A DNA stretch of 64,000 nt. Source: Candidatus Thorarchaeota archaeon. GTDB lineage: Archaea > Asgardarchaeota > Thorarchaeia > Thorarchaeales > Thorarchaeaceae. The DNA is taken from contig PRDH01000039.1 in NCBI GenBank assembly GCA_003345545.1, positions 64,001 to 128,000 on the forward strand, given 5' to 3'. The notes below the pieces were generated by a model. It did no database searches. It was given only the letters and a program-made list of their open reading frames with translations, and was not told the origin of the DNA. The position numbers were made by a program, and so were the translations under genes. Below are positions 56,313 through 64,000 of the stretch, one piece after another (position 1 is the stretch's first letter; every line of letters starts with the position of its first letter).

Positions 56313-57431
56313 ATGAAGCTGACTAAAGAGAATGCATATGATATGCTAATCGGTGTCGGGATACTCGGCACGGGCGGCGGTGGCGACCCGGTGTCATTTG
56401 GCAAGCCTCTTGTTGATTGGGACTATCAAAGAGGTAGAACGTACGAGATTACTGACCCCACTCAAGTCAAGGACGATGCCTTTATTGTATGCGGAGGATA
56501 CATGGGTTCTGTCAATGTCTTCAAGTCTATTGGCGACATGTTGCAGAGCTGGGAGACTAGGTTTGAACTCCACGAGGCTATGAAGATCTCTGAGCGAATC
56601 ACAGGAAAGAAAGTGAACCATTTGGTTCCTTTTGAGCTCGGAGGAACAAATACAACCGTAATGCTGTCTCTAGCTGCTCGAGCCGGAATAACAACAGTCG
56701 ATGGTGATGGACTTGGTCGTTCTGCTCCTGAAACCCAGATGATCTCCTTTGTTGGCTATGGTATTGAGCTTTGCCCGATGCCGGTTGTTTCAAAGAATGG
56801 AAGCATCATCATTGTTGACAAGACCACGTCCCCCGCTCTTGCTGACGAAATCGGTCGTTTTGCAGTAGTACAAGATGGCGGTGTCGGGGCGAATAACCAC
56901 TACTACCAATCTGGCAAGCAGCTGAAGAAGGCAGTGATTCCTAATAGCATATCCAAGTCAATTGAACTAGGCAGTGCTATTCGTGACGCAAATGACAACA
57001 AGCGTAACCCAATCGATGCATTCTTGGATATAATGGGTGGGCGAGTTCTCACTCATGGCATCATCGAAGAAGTGAAGGGTGAAGACCGTGCAGGTCACTG
57101 GCATGTGCAGGTGCGAATCAAGCCAGAGGATCTCCGAGGTCGCTTTGAGCTTGTGGTCAAGAATGAGTATATGATGGCTCTCTGCGATGGCAAGCCTGTC
57201 GTGATGTTCCCGGACCTCATATGCATGCATGATCCGAAGACTGGTCGCGGTGTGATGAGTGCGAGTCTGAAGAAAGGACTCAAGGTTGTCGTAACAGCGG
57301 TTCCAGCGCATGAACGACTTCGCTATGCTGGTAATACTCCGATTGGCAAGAAGGCATTCTCTCCAGAACGCTACGGGCATCCCGAACTTGAGTATAAGCC
57401 CATGGAAGACATTATTGGGCGGCTTCACTAG
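56313..57431 (+). CDS. DUF917 family protein (second paralogue)
   Basis: GVGILGTGGGG, ELGGTN, VDGDGLGRSAPE, KNE and FPDLI motifs. Start adjusted to MKLTK. Confidence 0.88.
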   Translation: MKLTKENAYDMLIGVGILGTGGGGDPVSFGKPLVDWDYQRGRTYEITDPTQVKDDAFIVCGGYMGSVNVFKSIGDMLQSWETRFELHEAMKISERITGKKVNHLVPFELGGTNTTVMLSLAARAGITTVDGDGLGRSAPETQMISFVGYGIELCPMPVVSKNGSIIIVDKTTSPALADEIGRFAVVQDGGVGANNHYYQSGKQLKKAVIPNSISKSIELGSAIRDANDNKRNPIDAFLDIMGGRVLTHGIIEEVKGEDRAGHWHVQVRIKPEDLRGRFELVVKNEYMMALCDGKPVVMFPDLICMHDPKTGRGVMSASLKKGLKVVVTAVPAHERLRYAGNTPIGKKAFSPERYGHPELEYKPMEDIIGRLH

Positions 57432-57489
57432 TTCTGTGAATTGCCATTGCGTCTTAATTTATGAGACATCATAGGAGTGGAGATACAAC

Positions 57490-58254
57490 GTGACAAGGCT
57501 AGCATTAATTGGTGCGACAGGTACCGACTGGTGGGTTGACCCCAAGAAGAAGTCCTTTGTTCTGTCCTTTGTTCCCAAAGGCAGCGAAATTGGAAACTTC
57601 ACGCCTCGATATGGTACTCACAGCGTTGAGTCACACGTTGACGAAGCCTACAACGCTCCTTTTATTCTTGAGCAGGTTGTGAGGGCGAATAGAGAAGGCT
57701 ATGATGTCATCGTCATTGATTGCGCATGTGATCCCATTCTTGACGCTGCAAGAGAGATTTCGAAGATTCCAGTAGTTGCTCCAAGAAACGCGTCTCTTCA
57801 CCTCGCGCTCACCCTAGGAACAAGGTTCGGAATCGTCACGGTGCAAGGAGACTCGCTGAAACGGTGCATGGAATCCGGGGTCAGAAGGGAGGGCCTTGAG
57901 TCATTCTGTGCAGGTGTTCGATATCTAAGTATGCCAGTTCTCGATGTTGCTAAACGTCCTCTTGAAGCTCAGAAGGAGCTTCTCTCCATGTGCAAGAAAC
58001 TTATCGAGGAGGATGGAGCCAACGTCATAGTTCTCGGCTGTACAGCCCTATCTCACGAAGTGGATTTGAAGCCAATAATGGCGAGGCTCGGAGTACCGGT
58101 AATTGATCCTTGGGTAGTAGCAGTGAAGACTGCCTTCATGCTTGTTGAAGCAGGACTTTCGCATAGCAGAGTGGCCTATCCTTCTCCTCCTCTGAAACAG
58201 GTCAACGAGGATCCTGTACTCAAGGGAGCGTTTGATAGTTATCTAAAGAAATAA
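57490..58254 (+). CDS. Hydantoin racemase (Asp/Glu/hydantoin racemase family)
   Basis: IDCACDP...AARE...PV, IVLGCT and PVIDP motifs; two catalytic Cys. Confidence 0.88.
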   Translation: MTRLALIGATGTDWWVDPKKKSFVLSFVPKGSEIGNFTPRYGTHSVESHVDEAYNAPFILEQVVRANREGYDVIVIDCACDPILDAAREISKIPVVAPRNASLHLALTLGTRFGIVTVQGDSLKRCMESGVRREGLESFCAGVRYLSMPVLDVAKRPLEAQKELLSMCKKLIEEDGANVIVLGCTALSHEVDLKPIMARLGVPVIDPWVVAVKTAFMLVEAGLSHSRVAYPSPPLKQVNEDPVLKGAFDSYLKK

Positions 58255-59490
58255 TCACTCGTTTGTCTGTTTCTTCGACCTACGAAGAAGTGGGACTATC
58301 AGGAGTAGAACGATGACAGATAGTACTGCGCAAAGCACGAACGGATACTCCGGAGAACGGTCCATGACAAGACCTCCGACCATGGGGCCGAGGAAGAGAC
58401 CCACTCCGCCCATGCTCTCAACAAGCCCGGCATGCCCTCCCTTTTCGTCCTCCGTGGCTGAGACAATAAGATACAGAGCTCCCAAGTAACTGAATCCCAC
58501 GGCTATTCCCGATATGGCCATAGCCAATCCCCAAACCCACATGCTGTTTACCGCGAACATCATTACGGATGAAACACCAGACAGAGCTGCACCTGCGATT
58601 ATCACGTTTCCCATTGTTCTCTCTGGCAAACGTGCACAGATTATGAAGGCTAAGGTTCTCACGAAATTCCAAATAATGAGAAGATTTCCAAAATCCTCAG
58701 TACCGTAGCCCAATCCCTGAACATAACGCGGCAACAACGCCAGAATGACAGTCGAAATTACTCCCCATAGGGCTACTGATAGATATGATGCGATGAATCT
58801 TGCGCCTGTCTTTGAGTGGACTGGTCTGGGTCTGTCGGTTGACTTCCGTTTCTCTCGATAGATTGTCTTCATCCTATAGTTTTGCATCATTGCTCCAATG
58901 ATTCCCAGGGACACGAACTCGACAGCAATGATCACGTATATGCTTGAAAAGACTCCATACCTGCCTGTAACATATCCAATCAGGAACGGGCTGATGATCA
59001 TGCCAGCACTCCAAGATGTGGAGAAGTTGCCTAGTGTCACTGCCTGAGATTCAGGCGATAGCTCTGCGACCATTCCTTCAATGGACGGTGCAATGAATCC
59101 ATAGACGACTCCCTCTAATGCGCGGATGAGTATCAAGTGTATGGGAGTGCTACTAAACGGATACAGAATAAGGACCGCGATGTAGGCCAAAGTTGCAATC
59201 AACATAGAGGCCCTTCTTCCTATTCGATCTGAGATCTTTCCACCAATCGAGGGCGAGAACATGTACACAAGACCAAAAGAGCCAATGGCAAGACCGGCGA
59301 GGAAACCAGACCCTCCGAGTTCCCCAGTGTACCATGATGCAAAAATCTCTGTTGTCCCTAGAGTGAGGGTCACCAAGAATGTTATCACATAACCGATAAG
59401 ACGGTTCTTTCTCTTGGCAATTGAAGGGAGGTCAGGCTCCCCGTCTACGTCTAAACAGAACATCTCTGTGTCTTCATGTATCTCCGCCAT
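58255..59490 (-). CDS. MFS transporter
   Basis: GKISDRIGRR motif A, R.LEG, 12 TM segments. Confidence 0.9.
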   Translation of the reverse strand: MAEIHEDTEMFCLDVDGEPDLPSIAKRKNRLIGYVITFLVTLTLGTTEIFASWYTGELGGSGFLAGLAIGSFGLVYMFSPSIGGKISDRIGRRASMLIATLAYIAVLILYPFSSTPIHLILIRALEGVVYGFIAPSIEGMVAELSPESQAVTLGNFSTSWSAGMIISPFLIGYVTGRYGVFSSIYVIIAVEFVSLGIIGAMMQNYRMKTIYREKRKSTDRPRPVHSKTGARFIASYLSVALWGVISTVILALLPRYVQGLGYGTEDFGNLLIIWNFVRTLAFIICARLPERTMGNVIIAGAALSGVSSVMMFAVNSMWVWGLAMAISGIAVGFSYLGALYLIVSATEDEKGGHAGLVESMGGVGLFLGPMVGGLVMDRSPEYPFVLCAVLSVIVLLLIVPLLRRSKKQTNE

Positions 59491-59523
59491 AATCTCTCTC
59501 TCTCTGACTGGGTATATCCGTTT

Positions 59524-60531
59524 TCAATGGAGGTGCGGTGCCACTTTCGTTGCTAATATTTTTGCTGTCTTTACTGGATCGGTACCTGGTACAGGGAAAG
59601 CCACCAAGGTGTTCGCACCAGCATCGATGAACTCCTGCAATCGCTTGAGGCATGATTCGACATCTCCGACTACACCTAGTGTCTGTACCATCTTGTCAGT
59701 GAGCAACTCACCAACATCTTTGCCTGCCTTCTCTGCTTCTTCGAAAGAGTGAGTATCCTCATCTGTGATGTCTGCGTATTTCATCAGCGGTCCGCCAGGT
59801 TGTGAATGAGGCACGTAATACTTCATGAGACCACGTGCAAGATTGAGTGCCTTGTCTTGGTCATCGTCAATGACCATGGGTAGGTATGAAACCATCTCAA
59901 ACTTGGTCAGGGACTTACCTGCCTTGTCAGCACCCTCTCTCACTCGATCCCAGGCAAACTTGACATAACCTGGTGTGTTGAAGATAGACAAGATTGCACC
60001 ATCACCAATTTCGCCGGTGAGTTGGAGACCCATTTTGCCTTCGAATGCTAGGTATACTGGAGGACTCTTTCTTAGTGGCTTGAAGATAAGCTGAATATCC
60101 TTCGCCGCAAAGAACTCACCGCTGAATGATATCTTCTCGCCGGTAAGAATCATTCTGAGGAGTTCTACGCACTCTCTGGTTCTTGAAATTGGTTTCTTGA
60201 CGTCAAACCCCATTTGAGTCATCCAATATGGCACCCCCGAACCAAGTCCGAAAACCATTCTCTTGTTGCTCATCTCATCTAGTGTGGCAAATTCCATAGC
60301 CATCAATGCAGGATGACGTGAGTAGGGATTGATAACTCCCAGGCCAATCCTCACCTTCTCTGTTGCCATCGCAGCGGCAGCCAGGTATGGTATTCCACCA
60401 CGAAAGAAATAGTCCTCAGCGTACCATACCGAATTGAGACCTGCCTTCTCTGTAGCAATTGCCATATCCACTGCTTCTCTGACAGGAAACACTCCTGTCA
60501 TTGCCAGTCCAACTTCTTTGAATCCTTTCAT
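59524..60531 (-). CDS. LLM-class (Mer-like, probably F420-dependent) oxidoreductase
   Basis: AE.AG..SVW.AED, IGLGVINPYSRHPA..A...ATLDE.S..R...GLG.G and GEIGDG motifs. Confidence 0.88.
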   Translation of the reverse strand: MKGFKEVGLAMTGVFPVREAVDMAIATEKAGLNSVWYAEDYFFRGGIPYLAAAAMATEKVRIGLGVINPYSRHPALMAMEFATLDEMSNKRMVFGLGSGVPYWMTQMGFDVKKPISRTRECVELLRMILTGEKISFSGEFFAAKDIQLIFKPLRKSPPVYLAFEGKMGLQLTGEIGDGAILSIFNTPGYVKFAWDRVREGADKAGKSLTKFEMVSYLPMVIDDDQDKALNLARGLMKYYVPHSQPGGPLMKYADITDEDTHSFEEAEKAGKDVGELLTDKMVQTLGVVGDVESCLKRLQEFIDAGANTLVAFPVPGTDPVKTAKILATKVAPHLH

Positions 60532-60588
60532 CTGAATCGTTCTCCGTTATCTAGCATCTCGTATCATTCTCATTGAATATGGGAAAGA

Positions 60589-60608
60589 AGAGGAGAGGTA
60601 TCTCCTCT
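60589..60608 (-). terminator. Hairpin at the AOR stop codon
   Basis: AGAGGAGA-GGTA-TCTCCTCT with a pyrimidine tract downstream on the minus strand. Confidence 0.5.
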
Positions 60609-62532
60609 ATTCCTTGGGAAGCTTCTTCAGCTTTCCGAGATAGTCAGCTACGTCTTTCAAGCCAAGCTTCTCTAGAGTGCTTCGCTTGGGCCAACTTGTT
60701 TCTTTATCCCATTCATGAAGTTCATAGTATCGGTCGAGCATTCCATCAAGTTCTTTTTGCGAGTTCATTGCTCCCTTTAAAGGTCCTGATGCTGCTCCTT
60801 CATTCATGAGACGCCATGGCAGATTGTCGTGGGCTCGTGTCGCACCTCTGGTGACATTGAACGCCTTCTCCAAGGTACACACACGTCGTCCAGTCCGCAT
60901 CATCTCTTCCTCTGTCAGCTCGATTCCCGTTGCGGCCGCATAGAGTCTTGCCATATTCTCAGGGTTCACGCCGAATGCTGCCGTGGATGTAAAGACACAG
61001 AAACCCAGTGCCTCCGTGATCTCATAGCAGTCTTCGTGCCATCTGACAATCTCTGCCCGATACTCTGTGAAGTGAGGAGATGCCCATTTCTTGCTTCCAG
61101 TTATCTTCTCGATGACAGCCACCGCTTCTGGACTCGTGCCAAACTCGGCGAAGGTCTCGGTCATCAAGTGATCATTGCCTCGTGGATTCACAGCAAAGGC
61201 AAGGGAGTAGGCTTTTGCAGACCGTGTTTCTACATTAGACTGCTCCAAGCCCTTTGCGTTCATTACTGCCCATTTGTATGAGTCGTGACCGATTTTCTTG
61301 GTTGCAATCTTGAGACCGTCGCCCAGCAAGTCGCCAAGCTTGCCCTTCCTAAGGGCAAGAGCTTCTATGACCTTGAGAAGCTCTGGCAGCTTGCCCCATC
61401 CTAAGTCCAGTCCATTTGTATCTTTCTTGGTGAGAACGCCCCTCAAGTAGCTCTCAATCGCCCACTGAGCAACACCACCTGCTGTGATAGTATCAAGTCC
61501 GAGTCTGTTGCACATCTCATTTGCCAACAGGACACCTTCAGTATTGATAATTCCGGGTCCGTTGCCGAGGGCACCGAAGGTTTCATACTCTGGACCGCCG
61601 CTGGCAATGCCCGCATTTGGTCCCTTATCTATTGTAGAGTAACGATGGCACGCAATTGTACAGCCAAAGCATGCCACTCTCCGTTTCAGATACCCTTCAC
61701 TGACGAGTGCCTGCCCAGTAAGCGGATAGACATTCTCTGTATATCCAGTCTGCCAGTTCTTGCCCGGAAAGGCATGAAGTTCATTCACTCCAGCCACAGA
61801 CGCTGACGTTCCAAACTGATGAAGACCCTGAGCGCCGCTGTCTGCTCTCAGATTCTCTCGCATTTCCTCCGCAATCTTGGCGAATTTCGCAGGGTCTTTC
61901 ACTTGTATTGGATGGGTTCCTTTCACAGAGATCGCTTTGAGCTTCTTCTTGCCCATGACAGCTGCTCCTCCGCCTCGCCCAGCTGCGTGATATACCGAGC
62001 ATTGAATAGAAGCTGCGCGAACAAGATTCTCCCCAGCCGGCCCGATGTATAAACCTCTGGAGTCATCTCCATGCCACTTCTTCAGTAGCTTGTCAGTCTT
62101 AATGATGTCCTTGCCCCAGAGTTTCTTTGCATCCAAGACCTCTACGAGGTCATCCTGAATATGAATGTAGACTGGCTCTTCTGCCACTCCATGGACAACG
62201 AGATGGTCATAGCCAGCATACTTTAACTCAGCACCCCAATGGCCTCCAGTATTGCTCTTAAGGTAGAGACCCGTGGTGCATCCAACTGTCGTCACTGATG
62301 TTCTTCCAGAAGCGGGAGCGGTTGTGCCCGTTACGGCTCCAGGTGCAAAGATGATAATGTTTCTTGGGTCATCCCACGTGATTTCAGGGTCCTTGCAATA
62401 GTCCCATAGAATCCTCGCATTGATGCCTCTTGAACCAACGTACAACTTGCGCCATTCTTCAGGGAGTTCCTCTACCCAGCTCTTTCTCTTGCCAATGTCC
62501 ACGTGCAGTATCTTTCCTTGGTGACCGTACAA
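60607..62532 (-). CDS. aor: Aldehyde:ferredoxin oxidoreductase (W/Mo-pterin AOR family)
   Basis: GGHWGAELKYAGYD, IGPAGEN, AGRGG.AVMG.K.LKA, CFGCTIAC, GPEYET, GLDTI and YYE...WD motifs. Confidence 0.93.
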   Translation of the reverse strand: MYGHQGKILHVDIGKRKSWVEELPEEWRKLYVGSRGINARILWDYCKDPEITWDDPRNIIIFAPGAVTGTTAPASGRTSVTTVGCTTGLYLKSNTGGHWGAELKYAGYDHLVVHGVAEEPVYIHIQDDLVEVLDAKKLWGKDIIKTDKLLKKWHGDDSRGLYIGPAGENLVRAASIQCSVYHAAGRGGGAAVMGKKKLKAISVKGTHPIQVKDPAKFAKIAEEMRENLRADSGAQGLHQFGTSASVAGVNELHAFPGKNWQTGYTENVYPLTGQALVSEGYLKRRVACFGCTIACHRYSTIDKGPNAGIASGGPEYETFGALGNGPGIINTEGVLLANEMCNRLGLDTITAGGVAQWAIESYLRGVLTKKDTNGLDLGWGKLPELLKVIEALALRKGKLGDLLGDGLKIATKKIGHDSYKWAVMNAKGLEQSNVETRSAKAYSLAFAVNPRGNDHLMTETFAEFGTSPEAVAVIEKITGSKKWASPHFTEYRAEIVRWHEDCYEITEALGFCVFTSTAAFGVNPENMARLYAAATGIELTEEEMMRTGRRVCTLEKAFNVTRGATRAHDNLPWRLMNEGAASGPLKGAMNSQKELDGMLDRYYELHEWDKETSWPKRSTLEKLGLKDVADYLGKLKKLPKE

Positions 62533-62535
62533 CTT

Positions 62536-63027
62536 TCATGCAACCTCCTTCTTGATGTCTTTGTAGGCAGCCATTCTGGCTGAACGAAGCTTTTTCTTTT
62601 GAGTGAACAACTCGTCTGTCCTCTTGACCCACAGTAGAGCACCGGGAACGCAATGCTTGACGCAGTAGGGATCTCCTTTGCAGAGATTACATATCAGAGG
62701 CACACCAGTTTCAGGATGTGACCTAATGCCATGGTATGGACAGGACTCGACACAGGACCCACATTGTGTACATATCTCCATGTCAACTGTAATGATTCCT
62801 GTTTTGGTATCTCTGGAGAGCGCACCGTCAGGGCACGCCTTAATACATGGGTGTGCTTCACATTGCTCGCAAAGAAGCTGAACGCCCAGCGCGATGTCCT
62901 CTCTCTTTAGAATCTTGATCCTCCCTCGAGCTGGATCGAAGAGGTCTTCCTTGGTGAGTGAACATGCAAGGCTGCACTGCTTGCAGCCCGTGCATTTGTC
63001 CATATCAACAAGCAGCAATTTTTCCAT
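62536..63027 (-). CDS. 4Fe-4S dicluster electron-transfer subunit of AOR
   Basis: CTGCKQCSLAC, CEQC...PC...CP, CTQCGSCVESCP and CNLC....C...C motifs. Confidence 0.92.
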   Translation of the reverse strand: MEKLLLVDMDKCTGCKQCSLACSLTKEDLFDPARGRIKILKREDIALGVQLLCEQCEAHPCIKACPDGALSRDTKTGIITVDMEICTQCGSCVESCPYHGIRSHPETGVPLICNLCKGDPYCVKHCVPGALLWVKRTDELFTQKKKLRSARMAAYKDIKKEVA

Positions 63028-63356
63028 ATCTTTTCCTTCCAATGGCCAGTTGTTAAAGCAAGTTTAGTATCTTCGGGGCCTATTTTAATCCTGCCCTTCC
63101 CGTTCTGTTTCTTGAAACATATCGAAGCAAAAGTGGTGCCACAGAAATGACGTGTAGACTCCGTTGACGCACTCCCGATGAGTGTCTATATGATCAAGGA
63201 GTACACCAGAGGTTTTCCTATAAGAGGCAGCTTAAGATTCTTCCTCATCTCTTTAACAATTGAGGGCATCTCTATGCTAGTGGTGGCGTAGGACTCGTCA
63301 CGTCATAAAGCAATGAGTTTTAAGACTCAGGGAAGTTTCAAATTCCGTGTATCACC

Positions 63357-63926
63357 GTGACAGAGGGACAAGAAAACATCACGCATGAAGATGAGCTCGG
63401 CGCAAAGGATTTGGAATGGGCACGATCTGATGATGTCAAGGAGGGTCTGCGTATGATATTGTCCCATCATCCTCCCTCTCTCTATGGTCATTGCCTTCGG
63501 ATTTCGGTAAGAGGCCATTCTTTGTATCTCTGTGGCAGGTGCACTGGGATATATGGCGGACTAGCGTTGGGTCTTCTGATGCTGTTCTTATTCGACATCG
63601 CTCTCGCACCGTCATGGCTTTGGTTCCTGATATCTGTCGCAATTGGATTCTCGACTGTGGTTGACTGGATGAGTCAGAGACTGACTCCACGTAAGACTAC
63701 AAACACTATCAGAGCGGTGACGGGCTTTTGTTCCGGAATAGGACTTGCCATAATCTTCTACCTCGGCAACGTACTGTACATGCTGGTAGCCCTAGCAGTG
63801 ATGAGCGTTTCAATTGGACTGGTGGGATTGATTGAGAACCGTAGAAGGTCCGCCAGTCTTGCAGCCCAGAGAGCAGAGATTGATGCCGAGGATTCGCTTG
63901 ATGATGACGGGCACGAATCAACTTGA
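63357..63926 (+). CDS. DUF2085-like membrane protein
   Basis: H....LCGRCTGIYGG, VDW..Q and N..R..TG motifs; 4 TM segments. Confidence 0.75.
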   Translation: MTEGQENITHEDELGAKDLEWARSDDVKEGLRMILSHHPPSLYGHCLRISVRGHSLYLCGRCTGIYGGLALGLLMLFLFDIALAPSWLWFLISVAIGFSTVVDWMSQRLTPRKTTNTIRAVTGFCSGIGLAIIFYLGNVLYMLVALAVMSVSIGLVGLIENRRRSASLAAQRAEIDAEDSLDDDGHEST

Positions 63927-64000
63927 GCAGTACATTATTGATTCATGCCAAAGTGTTTTAAACTAGGCATCGTGCGATTACTCAGTGACAAACGATGATT

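Noticed and set aside
14811-63284. AGTGGT recurring in many intergenic regions as a shared RNA motif
   Set aside because: It is only 6 nt, was picked post hoc, and overlaps the SD-like GAGTGGTGA/GGAGTGG variants used in this genome.
1-64000. Stop-codon reassignment (Pyl/Sec) in this window
   Set aside because: Conserved genes end at their expected C-termini with TAG, TGA and TAA, and I found no in-frame stop interrupting a recognisable domain.

Overview
Gene-dense archaeal chromosome segment, very probably from an Asgard archaeon (Thorarchaeota-like). The taxonomic call is an inference from two Rab-like small GTPases, a roadblock protein, ribosomal protein S26e, archaeal RadA, TopoVI, aRF1 and PheRS, a geranylgeranyl reductase and CofE. 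The left half (1-33.5 kb) is mostly housekeeping: P-type ATPase, cofE, top6B/top6A, radA, GGR, purA, pheS/pheT, prf1 and ino1, mixed with eukaryotic-signature-like genes. The right half (33.9-63 kb) is an anaerobic catabolic region: a glycyl-radical-enzyme operon with KDG kinase and aldolase, two FAD/CCG oxidoreductase pairs, two DUF917 proteins, hydantoin racemase, an LLM/F420 reductase, AOR, and APC and MFS transporters. I saw no rRNA, tRNA, CRISPR array or transposase. Most notable observations: (1) two intergenic, promoter-preceded, fully nested ~200-240 nt RNA-like structures (33634-33869 and ~6585-6787) that share architecture and ordered motifs, a candidate new ncRNA family; (2) a Cas4-like Fe-S nuclease split into two separately membrane-anchored polypeptides; (3) a TopoVI-A/Spo11 homologue fused to histone-H1-like repeats and two RadA-type HhH modules; (4) a glycyl radical enzyme with altered active-site residues, linked to an Entner-Doudoroff-like kinase/aldolase. 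All family assignments come from motif recognition by eye; no searches or folding programs were run.
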